Positions 31,168-41,103 of a DNA stretch of 64,000 nt are shown piece by piece. The DNA is taken from NCBI GenBank assembly GCA_017479485.1, contig JAFVCC010000114.1, forward strand, positions 65,791 through 129,790. Reading direction: 5' to 3'. The notes under the pieces were generated by a model. The model made no database searches and was not told the DNA's origin. It saw only the letters and a list, made by a program, of their open reading frames with translations. The DNA comes from Bacilli bacterium. Lineage in GTDB: Bacteria > Bacillota_I > Bacilli_A > RFN20 > CAG-826. The number at the start of each line of letters is the position of its first letter. Within the stretch, counting starts at the first letter, position 1. The position numbers and the translations under genes are program-made.

Positions 31168-32333
31168 TTGATTTTGACTTCGTATCCCCGACGAAAATCT
31201 TCTTTGGCAAGGGCAAAGAAGCCTGCGTTGGAGATATCGTTTCTTCCTATGGCAAGAAAACGGTTCTTATCGTTTATGGCTCCAAGCGCATCGAGGCGGA
31301 TTTGCTGCCTTTAGTAGAGCAAAAACTTGCGGAGAAGAACATCCGATTCATCCGTTTTGGCGGAGTGCGCCCAAATCCTGAGGCCAGCAAAGCGCGCGAA
31401 GGCGTCGCTTTGGCCCGTAAGGAGGGCGTGGACTTGATTTTAGCCATCGGCGGAGGATCTCCCATCGACACCGCGAAAAGCATCGCCTCGGGCTTTTATT
31501 ACGACGGCGACCTATTCGACTTCAACCTCAAGAAAGCCAAGCCTGAACGCGCTTTGCCTGTCGGTGTCATCTTAACCCACGCCTCAGCGGGCAGCGAAAT
31601 GTCCAATTCTGCCGTTCTTCAAGATGACAAGACGCAGGTCAAAATGGGCTTTAACAATGACTTTAATCGCCCGCTTTTCGTTATCGAGAACCCCGAACTC
31701 ACCTATGGGGTCTCCGCCTATCAAACCGCAGCTGGCGCGAGCGATATCATGATGCATTCGCTGGAGCGTTATTTTGATCCTTCCGATGAGAATCAGCTTG
31801 CGGATGATTGGGCTTTAGCGTTGGTCAAAAACACGATGACCGCCGTGAAGCAAGTGCTCCAAAATCCGCATAGTTACGAGGGGCGTGCAGCATTAATGCT
31901 CAATTCGAGTCTTTCTCACAACGGTCTTACGGGCATTGGAAAGCAATTTGGATTCGTCGTTCACCCGATTGAGCACGCGCTTTCCGGATATAAGCCCGAC
32001 ATCGTCCATGGTGCCGGCGTTGCGCTGATTTTCCCTGCCTGGGCGGAATATGTCCGGCGGCGCGATGAAGCCAAATTTGCAAAACTCGCGCGCGTTTTAT
32101 TTAACATTAGCGAGCCAGATGACAAAAAGGCCTCTATAATAGTGCCTGCACGAATGAAGGAGTTCTTCTCCTCCATCGGAATGCCGACGCGCCTGCAAGA
32201 CGTTGGCCTCGGCGAAAAGGACATCCCTTCCTTAGCGGCGATCGCAACCGGCAACAATACACGTCAGATTGGTTGTTGCCACCAATCTCTGGGCTATGAG
32301 GACGTGAAAAACATTCTCACCCTGCTACTCTAA
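31164..32333 (+). CDS. iron-containing (group III) alcohol dehydrogenase
   Basis: MIDFDFVSPTKIFFGKG start, GGGSPIDTAK, and His-rich metal-site motifs. The ATG at 31164 overlaps the tetR stop. Confidence 0.88.
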   Translation: MIDFDFVSPTKIFFGKGKEACVGDIVSSYGKKTVLIVYGSKRIEADLLPLVEQKLAEKNIRFIRFGGVRPNPEASKAREGVALARKEGVDLILAIGGGSPIDTAKSIASGFYYDGDLFDFNLKKAKPERALPVGVILTHASAGSEMSNSAVLQDDKTQVKMGFNNDFNRPLFVIENPELTYGVSAYQTAAGASDIMMHSLERYFDPSDENQLADDWALALVKNTMTAVKQVLQNPHSYEGRAALMLNSSLSHNGLTGIGKQFGFVVHPIEHALSGYKPDIVHGAGVALIFPAWAEYVRRRDEAKFAKLARVLFNISEPDDKKASIIVPARMKEFFSSIGMPTRLQDVGLGEKDIPSLAAIATGNNTRQIGCCHQSLGYEDVKNILTLLL

Positions 32334-32343
32334 GGAGACGGAT

Positions 32344-33498
32344 ATGAAGAAAAACGACCTTGCAACGTTCATTGTATATGTTGCTATGCTCGCCGTGGCG
32401 TTACTGGTGGGCCTTTTGGTCATTAAACCTTTGATGGAAAGCTATGGGGCATCGCTCCCCATTAATTCGATTCTCATCATGATTTTGGGCCTTGTCGCAG
32501 GCGTCATTTTAAACGCTTTACTTCTGGAACTCGGCCACGTGCTCGGCGCGAAGGCGGGAAAGTACAAAATCCTCAAATCTACCGTGCTCGGCTTAGGCTA
32601 TTCCAACGTCAATGGGAAAAAGAAATTCGGTGTATCTGGTTTTGATGGCCTCGTCGGCGAGACAAAAGTCTGCCCGACCGACGTCAAAACAAACAACTTA
32701 TCGGCTTATATTCTATTCCCGATCCTCTTCTTGTTTGTTGAGTTCATCATTTCGATGATTGTCATCGTGACGTGCCAAAACCGCGAAGCGAGCGACCCCT
32801 CGATTGCCTGGCTCCACATCTTCATGATCACGATTCTTACGGTCGGGGGCATGATCTTCATTTACGATTTATTCCCCGCCCGCATCGAATCCGTCACCGA
32901 TGGTTATTTGCTCCTTCTTTTATCAAAACCCGCGAACAAAGAGGCTTATAACAACATGCTTCTTGCGGAAGCTTGCGCCTTAGAAGGCAAGGAAATCCCC
33001 GAAACGCCGGTCTATACCGAGCTTACGGATTTTACCGCAAACCTTAATCTCCTTACCGTCTACCGTCATTTGACCGACGGCGAGCCCGACCTTGCTTTGC
33101 CCATCATTGAGCCCGCTTTAGCAGAAGGAGCGAACGTTTCCTTAAGCACCGCGCAGATGCTCGAGACGCTGAAACTTTGCATCCTTCTTGAACGCGAGAG
33201 CAAGGACAAGGGCAAAAAGATGTATGAGGAGCTCTCGGACGCGACGAAGAAATACATCGCCAATATCACCAGCATCACCGCCCTTCGCTGCTATCTCCTC
33301 ATCGCCTCCTTCGTCGAGGGCAGCGAATCGGAAGCCAACTATGCGATTGATAAGGCGGAGAAACTCATCAAAGCCGCTGAGCCAAGCTTCAAAGAGGCGG
33401 AGAAATCCTTACTTCAATATGACGTGGACCTCTGCCGCAGCGCCCACCCTTCCTGGGATGTGTACAAGCTTCCTTGGGAAGAAGAAACCGCGAAATAA
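32344..33498 (+). CDS. hypothetical polytopic membrane protein with soluble helical C-terminal domain
   Basis: 384 aa with 5-6 hydrophobic segments, then a helical-repeat-like tail. An ELGH motif lies in TM2. Function unknown. Confidence 0.6.
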   Translation: MKKNDLATFIVYVAMLAVALLVGLLVIKPLMESYGASLPINSILIMILGLVAGVILNALLLELGHVLGAKAGKYKILKSTVLGLGYSNVNGKKKFGVSGFDGLVGETKVCPTDVKTNNLSAYILFPILFLFVEFIISMIVIVTCQNREASDPSIAWLHIFMITILTVGGMIFIYDLFPARIESVTDGYLLLLLSKPANKEAYNNMLLAEACALEGKEIPETPVYTELTDFTANLNLLTVYRHLTDGEPDLALPIIEPALAEGANVSLSTAQMLETLKLCILLERESKDKGKKMYEELSDATKKYIANITSITALRCYLLIASFVEGSESEANYAIDKAEKLIKAAEPSFKEAEKSLLQYDVDLCRSAHPSWDVYKLPWEEETAK

Positions 33499-33511
33499 CA
33501 AAATCGAAATT

Positions 33512-33538
33512 CCACCGCAAAACGGTGGTTTTTCTTTT
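33512..33538 (+). terminator. rho-independent terminator
   Basis: CCACCG-CAAAA-CGGTGG followed by TTTTTCTTTT. Confidence 0.8.
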
Positions 33539-33574
33539 CATTTTTCGAAAAACACTGCAAATAGCCAATATCTA

Positions 33575-33606
33575 AAAGAAAAATGCCCAAGCATGAAACT
33601 TGGGCA
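33575..33606 (-). terminator. rho-independent terminator after pmbA
   Basis: TGCCCAAG/CTTGGGCA stem with a T-run on the minus strand. Confidence 0.7.
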
Positions 33607-33628
33607 AATAGACGGGTTTTGCGGAGAT

Positions 33629-34948
33629 TTATTTTCCGCCGATATTCATGGACTTGATGTAAGCCGAAGCGACCGAGATGGATTGGACGGTCATCTTCGC
33701 ATCGTTGGCAAAGCCCTTAAGATCCTTGAGCATCTTGAGCAAGTTGCCCGAGAGGGTAATCAAGGTGAGCGGCTCAGCGAGTTTGCCGTTAACAATGCGG
33801 AACCCTTCAGCTTGGCAGGAGAAATCGCCCGAAATCTCATTCATACCAGTGCCTAAGCCAGCCACGTCGGTGATGTAGACGCCGTCATCAATGTCGGCGA
33901 TCAGTTCGTCGAAGGACTGCTTGCCCGGCTTAACGAAGACATTGCCGAAATCGGTATCGATGCTTCCACCGCCCCAAGAACCGTTACCCGTGGATTCAAC
34001 GCCATCTTTCTTGGCGGTTTCACGGTTATAGAAATAGGTCTTAAGGACGCCGTTTTTCACGACTGCCTTATTGGTGCGCGCGACACCCTCTCCATCGAAA
34101 TAGGAGAAGAAGACGTTCTTTTCTAGAGGCTTTTCCTCGATGGTGAGTTTGCTCGAAGCAATCTTTTGCCCGAGCTTACCTTCAAGCATGGAAGAATGAC
34201 GTTGAACCTGGTCCGCGATCGCAGAGCTAAGGAAGTAATTGACGAGGGAGGCCATGACGTCGCGGCAGATGACGGTCGGATACTTCTTCGAGAGCAAGGA
34301 GTCCGCGCCGAATTTCTTCGCCGCGCCTTCCACGGCTTCTTTAACAAGGGCATCCACGTCAACGGCGGAGAGGTCTTTGTCGAGGACGATGGCGTAGTTG
34401 TTCTTCGTCACCTCGCCCTCGCGAAGAATCGCATAGACGCTGATGTAGAAGTAGTTGGACTTCTGTTTGAGCTTGAGACCATAGGAATTATAGAACTCGC
34501 TCGCGGACTCACGCTCCGCATAGCTGACCTCCACCTCGCAAACGCGGGGGTCGGCAGCATAGGTTTTATCCTCGATCGACTTGATGAGGGCAAGCTTGTC
34601 TTCCGCTTTGGTTTCGGCTAGCGCGGGGTTATAGACGGTCTTCTTATGGTATTTTTCGGAGCCTTTGAAGATGTCTGCAGTCTCTTCTTTTTCGTTTAAA
34701 GACGCGGTGAGAAGGATCTTGTCGACAAGGAAGCCAAAGGTATCTTTGTCGAGCTTTTGGGTAGTGGAGCTACCGAATTTGCCGTTAACGATACCCGCTG
34801 CGCTGACGCTTTGAGAGTCATTGACGGAGAAGTTCTCAATCTCGTGACGGAAGAGCGAGATGGAAAGAGAGTTGGATTTGCTGATGAGGAGTTGGGATTC
34901 CTCGATGCCACGCGAGGCGGCGAGTTCAAAGAATTTGTTGAAGTTCAT
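33629..34948 (-). CDS. pmbA: TldE/PmbA metalloprotease subunit
   Basis: PmbA_TldD family pattern. The ATG at 34948 (MNFNKFFELAASRG...) overlaps the tldD stop (ATGA). The longer ORF-track start is rejected. Confidence 0.85.
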   Translation of the reverse strand: MNFNKFFELAASRGIEESQLLISKSNSLSISLFRHEIENFSVNDSQSVSAAGIVNGKFGSSTTQKLDKDTFGFLVDKILLTASLNEKEETADIFKGSEKYHKKTVYNPALAETKAEDKLALIKSIEDKTYAADPRVCEVEVSYAERESASEFYNSYGLKLKQKSNYFYISVYAILREGEVTKNNYAIVLDKDLSAVDVDALVKEAVEGAAKKFGADSLLSKKYPTVICRDVMASLVNYFLSSAIADQVQRHSSMLEGKLGQKIASSKLTIEEKPLEKNVFFSYFDGEGVARTNKAVVKNGVLKTYFYNRETAKKDGVESTGNGSWGGGSIDTDFGNVFVKPGKQSFDELIADIDDGVYITDVAGLGTGMNEISGDFSCQAEGFRIVNGKLAEPLTLITLSGNLLKMLKDLKGFANDAKMTVQSISVASAYIKSMNIGGK

Positions 34949-36351
34949 TCGAGTTTGCCTCCGCGACCACCGACGGTGATCTCTTTCAAACGGATGGTCG
35001 GCTGGCCGACGTTGACGGGGATAGAGCCAGAGGCCGCGCCACAATTGCCTTGGCCAAGGGCGAGGTCGTTTCCAACGCGGTCAATCTGCATCAGCACCTC
35101 TTGTCCGGTGCCGATTAACGTGCAGCCTTTGACGGGCTCACAAATCTTGCCGTCGCGGATGATGTAGGCTTCCGAAGCGGAGAAGTTAAATTCGCCGGTG
35201 CTCGGATCGACGGATCCGCCGCCGAAGTTCGCGACATAGATGCCAAGCGGGGTGTCTTTGATGATTTGCTCAGGGTCATCCTTGCCTGCGGCGATGTAGG
35301 TGTTGGACATGCGGGAAGTCGGGCAATAACGGTAGGACTGCCTTCTGGCGGTGCCATTTGGCTTCATGCCTAAGCGACGCCCGTTGAAACGGTCGACCAT
35401 GAAGCCGACGCAGATGCCGTCGCGGATGAGCTCGTTCTTTTGGGTCGGGACGCCCTCGGAGTCAATGTTATCGCTGCCCCATTCGTTGGCGATGGTGCCA
35501 TCGTCCCATGCCGAAACGCAGGACGAAGCGATCTGTTTGCCGATCGAATCGGAGAATACGGAGAGTCCTTTGCTGGTTGCAGAAGCCTCCAAGGGGTGTC
35601 CGCAGGCTTCGTGGAAGAGCACGCCACCCCAGCCGTTGGTGATTACGACCGTGTAACGTCCGGAAGGGCACTCTTTGGCCGTGAGCATCATGACGGCCTT
35701 TTCGCCAGCTTCACGCGCCAACTTACGGTAGTCAATCTTCTCGGTGAAATAGCTCCAGCCATCTGAGCATCCGGGGCCAGAGAAGGCGGTTTCAATGCCG
35801 TCTTGTCCCGCGGCGATAGCGATCATGAACACGCGAGCGCGCTCTTGAACGTTATTGAAGTGGTTGCCGACGGGTCCTTCCGCGTTATAGATTTCGGTCT
35901 GGCGGTAGGAGCTGGAAAGACCGGTTTGGACGCGGACGATGCGCGGATCGACATCTTTAATGATGCCCGCGATTTCCTTTAAATAGTCGAGCTTAGTTTC
36001 GGTGGGAACATCGCGAATGTGGTCTTTGATGTTAATGTTTTGCTTAACGCGCGGAGAGACGATTTTCTCCACGGTGAACTTGCGCGGATCCGAGTAAGAC
36101 GCGGAGAGTTTTTCCGCGAGAGAAAGCAAGCTTTTGGGTGAGAGGTCAGACGTATAGCCATAAACGGAACGGAACCCATTGAGAATGCGTAAGCCGCATC
36201 CATAGGTTTGGGGCGCACCAGCGGATTCGACACGGCCGTTTTCCAGCATATAAGACTCTGCCGTGGTCTCCTCCACATAAAGTTCGGCGTAGTCCCCGCC
36301 GGTCGATAAGGCAACGTTGAGCACTTTTTGGGCTAACGATTTGCTAATCAT
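34945..36351 (-). CDS. tldD: TldD metalloprotease subunit
   Basis: 468 aa with the HExxxH-type site FHEACGHPLE. Confidence 0.9.
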   Translation of the reverse strand: MISKSLAQKVLNVALSTGGDYAELYVEETTAESYMLENGRVESAGAPQTYGCGLRILNGFRSVYGYTSDLSPKSLLSLAEKLSASYSDPRKFTVEKIVSPRVKQNINIKDHIRDVPTETKLDYLKEIAGIIKDVDPRIVRVQTGLSSSYRQTEIYNAEGPVGNHFNNVQERARVFMIAIAAGQDGIETAFSGPGCSDGWSYFTEKIDYRKLAREAGEKAVMMLTAKECPSGRYTVVITNGWGGVLFHEACGHPLEASATSKGLSVFSDSIGKQIASSCVSAWDDGTIANEWGSDNIDSEGVPTQKNELIRDGICVGFMVDRFNGRRLGMKPNGTARRQSYRYCPTSRMSNTYIAAGKDDPEQIIKDTPLGIYVANFGGGSVDPSTGEFNFSASEAYIIRDGKICEPVKGCTLIGTGQEVLMQIDRVGNDLALGQGNCGAASGSIPVNVGQPTIRLKEITVGGRGGKLE

Positions 36352-36548
36352 GTGGTTATTCCTTTCTTTTCGCTTCTATAGAAGCAACGAGAAAAGTTTA
36401 ACGGGGCGCAAGAATTCATCAATAGCGGCGTGACAAATGCAACAAAATGTTGCGTCACTAGCCAAATAAAGCAAAGAAAGAGGGTGGGTTCGCCTTGTTT
36501 TCGTGCACATTCTTTTCCCAAGAATATAATGAACCCGAGGTTATAGAT

Positions 36549-37328
36549 ATGATTTTAGGATTCATCGGCACCGGCCACATGGGCTCCAGCATTGCCCGCG
36601 CTTTGCACCAGCAAGGAATACATCGTTTTTTGCTCAATAACCGCACGAAGGCGAAGGCTATCGCGATAAAAGAGGAATTTGGCGCTGATGCGGAGGTGGC
36701 CCCGCTTGAAGAAATCGCTGCGCAAGCGGACATCATCTTTGTTGGCGTGAAGCCCACGGATATGGACGATGTGCTACGCGCGCTACCTGCTCATCACGGA
36801 ATTATTGTTTCCATGGCGGCGGGCGTAAGCCTGCAAGAGATTGCAGAGGTGCTCCCAAATTCGCGGATCATTCGCATTTTGCCCAATACCCCAGTTGTCG
36901 TCGGAGCGGGCATCACGCTAGCCACATTTGATGGTTCGTTTACGCCGGAAGAAAAAGAGGCTTTTTTCGGCCTCATGAGCCCCACCGGACGAATGATTGA
37001 AGTAGGGGAAGACAAACTCAATCCAGGAGGTGTAATCACGGGGTCGGCGCCGGCTTACCTCGATTATTTCATCGATGCCTTGGCCGAGGCTGGCGTGAAC
37101 ATGGGACTAAGCAAAGAAGAGGCTACTGAATACGTGCTCCACATGTGTCGCGGCGCGGTCGACCTCGCTTTATCCTCTACCAAGTCGCCACGGCAACTCG
37201 GAGACGAAGTTTGCTCTCCAGGCGGTTCGACCATCGAAGGAGTAAAGGTTCTTTTGGAACGCGATCTCTATGGCTTGGTCCGCGACGCGGCGATAGCGAC
37301 GTATCAAAAGAACAAGAAAATGCGCTGA
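36549..37328 (+). CDS. proC: pyrroline-5-carboxylate reductase
   Basis: MILGFIGTGHMGSS Rossmann start, and PNTP and STIEG motifs. Start at the ATG at 36549. Confidence 0.9.
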   Translation: MILGFIGTGHMGSSIARALHQQGIHRFLLNNRTKAKAIAIKEEFGADAEVAPLEEIAAQADIIFVGVKPTDMDDVLRALPAHHGIIVSMAAGVSLQEIAEVLPNSRIIRILPNTPVVVGAGITLATFDGSFTPEEKEAFFGLMSPTGRMIEVGEDKLNPGGVITGSAPAYLDYFIDALAEAGVNMGLSKEEATEYVLHMCRGAVDLALSSTKSPRQLGDEVCSPGGSTIEGVKVLLERDLYGLVRDAAIATYQKNKKMR

Positions 37329-37496
37329 TTTCAAACATGCCTGTTTTGCAGGCTTTTTCGAAATTTAAAAAATAAATCACTGCAAAATGCCGATATTTCA
37401 TAAGAAAATGCAATTTAGCTCACGCGTATGCTAGCGCGCATTTTATTGAGTTTTCGCCGAGAATATGTTTATCTTTGATAACCCTGAGGAACATAC

Positions 37497-38624
37497 ATGA
37501 TACTGACCAATCTGAAAATTGTCTTGCCGACGCACATTATCCCAAACGGCTATCTCCGCATCGAGGATGGCCATATTGCCGAGATTGGCCAGGGGGCATA
37601 TACGGGAATCGAACCTGCCGAAGATAAGGACGGCTTGGTTGCCTTCCCAGGATTCATCGATATTCACATCCATGGCTCGGTAGGCATCGACTTCATGGAC
37701 GCGAAGGAAGAGGACTATCCCGTTATTGCGGATTCGCTTTATGGCGAAGGCGTAACGACTTTCCTTGCGACGACACTCACCAGTGACAAAGAATCGCTCT
37801 CTCGCGTCTGCGCGACGGTCGCGAACGTCATCGACAAAGTCCCTTCTTTGGGCGGCATCCATTTCGAGGGCCCTTATATTTCATTGAAATACAAAGGCGC
37901 TCAAAACCCTGAATTCATCCGCGACCCCGACATTGCTGAGTTTGATGACCTTCAAAAAGTCGCCAAAGGAAATATCCGCTATATCGCTATGGCTCCCGAA
38001 CGCCCTGGGGCGATGGGATTCATCGAGCATGTCACGAAAGAGGGCGTCGTCGTTTCCGCGGGACACACCGACGCGAGTTTTGCCTGCGTGGAAGAAGCGA
38101 TTCGCCACGGCCTCACCAATACCACTCATACCCATAACGCCATGTCCCCGCATCATCACCGCAACCCTGGCGTGGTGACGGCGGCGATGTATTTCGACGA
38201 GCTATTTACTGAAGTAATCTGCGATACGATTCACGTTTGCCCGGACACCTTAAAAACCTTCTATAAAATCGTTGGGCCCGACCGTTTTGTCGCGATTACG
38301 GATGCCTTGAAAGTCAAACATGCCGACATCAAAGAATTCCAACTCTTCGGTCTGGATTGCGTCGTCAAGCCCGACGCCGCCTATCTGACCGCCGGTCCGT
38401 TGGCGGGCTCTTTGCTCTCCATGGACCAGGGGCTCCGCAACTTGGCGGAAATCACCAAAGCAGACGATGTCGCTTTAGCCAAAATGATGTCGACCAACGC
38501 TGCAAGAAGCATTGGTTTTACCGACCGCGGCACCCTCGAAGAAGGAAAACTTGCCGACGTCGTTCTCTTAGATGAAACCCTTCACGTGAAGGAAGTTTAT
38601 AAACTTGGAAAGAGAGTCAAATAA
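37497..38624 (+). CDS. nagA: N-acetylglucosamine-6-phosphate deacetylase
   Basis: 375 aa with GFIDIHIHG and the amidohydrolase metal-ligand pattern. Confidence 0.9.
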   Translation: MILTNLKIVLPTHIIPNGYLRIEDGHIAEIGQGAYTGIEPAEDKDGLVAFPGFIDIHIHGSVGIDFMDAKEEDYPVIADSLYGEGVTTFLATTLTSDKESLSRVCATVANVIDKVPSLGGIHFEGPYISLKYKGAQNPEFIRDPDIAEFDDLQKVAKGNIRYIAMAPERPGAMGFIEHVTKEGVVVSAGHTDASFACVEEAIRHGLTNTTHTHNAMSPHHHRNPGVVTAAMYFDELFTEVICDTIHVCPDTLKTFYKIVGPDRFVAITDALKVKHADIKEFQLFGLDCVVKPDAAYLTAGPLAGSLLSMDQGLRNLAEITKADDVALAKMMSTNAARSIGFTDRGTLEEGKLADVVLLDETLHVKEVYKLGKRVK

Positions 38625-40006
38625 TGAGAAAACCCGTTTTAGACCCTGGATTTCGCCCTGCGATTGTCGAACTTCGAAAATTCAACGAAGACGTTGCCAA
38701 GCAGCAAGACAAACAGCACCTCATCGTCGCGGTAGAACGCGCCGGCGGATACATTTACCGCAGAGAATTCGATATTTTTGCCGATGGCGTCGACGACGAG
38801 CGCAACGCTCTCATCACGGAACGACTCATCAAATCCATCCTTTGGATCATTGGCGGATTCAAGATCTACATCGCTGGCTCGCATCCCGTCTACCTTGCGA
38901 TTAAGGACTATTATCGCAAAGGCGGTTTGCGTGAATTTGACTATGATTTCTGGAGCACCACCTTCGAACGCGAAGTGGAAGTAGTGGAATGCACCCTCGA
39001 TACCATTCCCCAAGAAGTAGCCTCCAGCGAAGAAGCTGGCGGTCATCTCGATGGACGCCGCATCGGTTTTGATGCCGGCGGCAGCGACATCAAGGTCTCA
39101 GCGGTGGTTAATGGGGAAGTCATTTCCAGCGAGGAAATCGTTTGGCTGCCCAAGCTTAACGAAGACATCAATTACCACTATGACAACATCTATAAGGCCA
39201 TGAAAGTCGGCGTGGAACGCCTCGGCGGCGACGTTGACGCCATCGGCATTTCTACAGCTGGAGTTATTGTCACCGACCGCCCAATGGTCTCCTCAATCTT
39301 CATCAAGGTCCCCAAGAAAGACTTTGAACTGGTGAAATATGCCTACGTAAACTGCGTCAATCGCCTCGCCAAAGAGCTCGGTCACCCGATTCCTTATGTC
39401 GTGGCCAACGATGGCGATGTCACCGCTTTAGCGGGTGCGGTCGATCTCAAAGATAACTGCGTTTTAGGTATCTCTATGGGTACTTCTGAGGCTGGTGGTT
39501 ATGTGGATCATAATGGCAATCTTCCGGGATGGTTTAGTGAACTGGCTTTCGTGCCTCTGGACTTCAACCCCGATTCGATGGTGGACGAGTGGTCGAAAGA
39601 CTATGGCGTCGGTTGCAAATACTTGTCCCAAGACGCGGTCATCAAACTGGCAAAACCCGCGGGAATTGAACTCGACGAAAACCTCACTTTGGCCGAAAAA
39701 CTATCGTATATCCAGGGTCTTTTAGAAAAAGGAGACGAACGGGCTGCAAAAATCTTTGAGTCCATCGGCGTCTATCTTGCCTATGCCCTTGGCTTCTATG
39801 CCGAGTTCTATGAAATTAAGCATGTGCTGCTTCTTGGACGCGTTACCTCGGGCAAAGGCGGCGACATTATCTTAAGCGTCGCCAAAGAGACTTTAGCTTC
39901 GGACTTCCCCGAATACGCCTCGTTCCATTTAACGATGCCGAGCGAATCAATGAGGCGCGTCGGCCAGTCCATCGCCGCGGCTTCCTTGCCCGCGATTAAG
40001 AGGTAA
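38624..40006 (+). CDS. ROK/ASKHA-fold sugar-kinase-like protein with ~150-aa N-terminal extension
   Basis: 460 aa with phosphate-1 motif GFDAGGSDIKV and ANDGDVTALAG. Substrate unknown. Confidence 0.6.
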   Translation: MRKPVLDPGFRPAIVELRKFNEDVAKQQDKQHLIVAVERAGGYIYRREFDIFADGVDDERNALITERLIKSILWIIGGFKIYIAGSHPVYLAIKDYYRKGGLREFDYDFWSTTFEREVEVVECTLDTIPQEVASSEEAGGHLDGRRIGFDAGGSDIKVSAVVNGEVISSEEIVWLPKLNEDINYHYDNIYKAMKVGVERLGGDVDAIGISTAGVIVTDRPMVSSIFIKVPKKDFELVKYAYVNCVNRLAKELGHPIPYVVANDGDVTALAGAVDLKDNCVLGISMGTSEAGGYVDHNGNLPGWFSELAFVPLDFNPDSMVDEWSKDYGVGCKYLSQDAVIKLAKPAGIELDENLTLAEKLSYIQGLLEKGDERAAKIFESIGVYLAYALGFYAEFYEIKHVLLLGRVTSGKGGDIILSVAKETLASDFPEYASFHLTMPSESMRRVGQSIAAASLPAIKR

Positions 40007-40010
40007 ACGA

Positions 40011-41069
40011 ATGAAAGACATTCTCGATTATTTCGTTCTCGATGGAGAACTCGTTCGCTTTGAACCGTTTGGCAACGGTCTCATCAACAAAACCTATGTC
40101 GCGGAGACCACGGCCAAGCGTTACATTTTTCAACGCATCAATAATGTGGTCTTCCCCGATGTCGATGCCTTGATGAACAACATTGTCTACGTCACCGAAC
40201 ACCTCAGAAAGAAGGGTATCCCCACCCTCACGGTCGTCAAAGCAAAAGACGGGAAACCTTATATTCATACGGAAGAAGGCTATTATCGTGGCTACGAGTT
40301 CATCGAGGACTCCGTTTGCTATGAAAAGGTTCCTAGCCTCGACATGGTCACCAAGGCCGCGGAAGGCTTTGGACAATTTCATGACGGCTTATCCGACATT
40401 GATGTAAGCAAAATTGTCGACGTCATTCCGGATTTCCATAACACGGCAAAGCGCTTCGATGCGTTCGCGTCCATTTTGGAGGCCAACCCGAAGCAGCGTG
40501 CGGAGTCTTGTGCAGAAGAAATTGAGTTCCTCCTCTCGCGGAAAGGGGACTATTCGTTGCTCGTGGGTGCCTTGGAAAAAGGTGAAATCCGCCCTTCGGT
40601 CACCCATAATGATCCCAAGATCAATAACGTTGCTTTCCATAAGTCGACGGGAGAAGTTTCCTGCGTGCTTGATTTAGATACCGTCATGGGCGGAACGTTC
40701 CTCTATGATTTTGGTGATGCGCTTCGCTCCCTTTTTACGGGCGATAACGAAGATTCTACCGACACATCGCTTTTGGTCGTGGATTTGGACATCTACAAAG
40801 CTTATCTCGACGGCTATTACCGCATGATGAAAAACGTCATCAACGACAAGGAAATCCACCTCTTGCCACGTTCCATTCTCGTGATCGCGGAAGAGCTTGC
40901 TTTGCGTTTCCTTGGAGACTACTTAAACGGCGACGTCTATTTCCACGTTGCCTATCCTACGCACAATCTCGTCCGCGCCCGGACTCAAATCGCGCTGGCT
41001 AAGGATATCTTGAAAAATATGGGTGCCTTAGACCAAGCGACTCAGGAAATCGTGCAAAAGTACCGCTGA
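40011..41069 (+). CDS. N-acetylhexosamine 1-kinase-like (NahK/AmgK family, APH fold)
   Basis: 352 aa. Motifs FGNGLINKTY, THNDPKINNV, DLDTVMGGTFLYDFGDALRS and YLNGDVYF...YPTHNLVRARTQI parallel the Bifidobacterium NahK sequence as I remember it. Confidence 0.75.
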   Translation: MKDILDYFVLDGELVRFEPFGNGLINKTYVAETTAKRYIFQRINNVVFPDVDALMNNIVYVTEHLRKKGIPTLTVVKAKDGKPYIHTEEGYYRGYEFIEDSVCYEKVPSLDMVTKAAEGFGQFHDGLSDIDVSKIVDVIPDFHNTAKRFDAFASILEANPKQRAESCAEEIEFLLSRKGDYSLLVGALEKGEIRPSVTHNDPKINNVAFHKSTGEVSCVLDLDTVMGGTFLYDFGDALRSLFTGDNEDSTDTSLLVVDLDIYKAYLDGYYRMMKNVINDKEIHLLPRSILVIAEELALRFLGDYLNGDVYFHVAYPTHNLVRARTQIALAKDILKNMGALDQATQEIVQKYR

Positions 41070-41103
41070 GACACCGCTCAACTGTGATAAAGTAATTTCA
41101 ACT

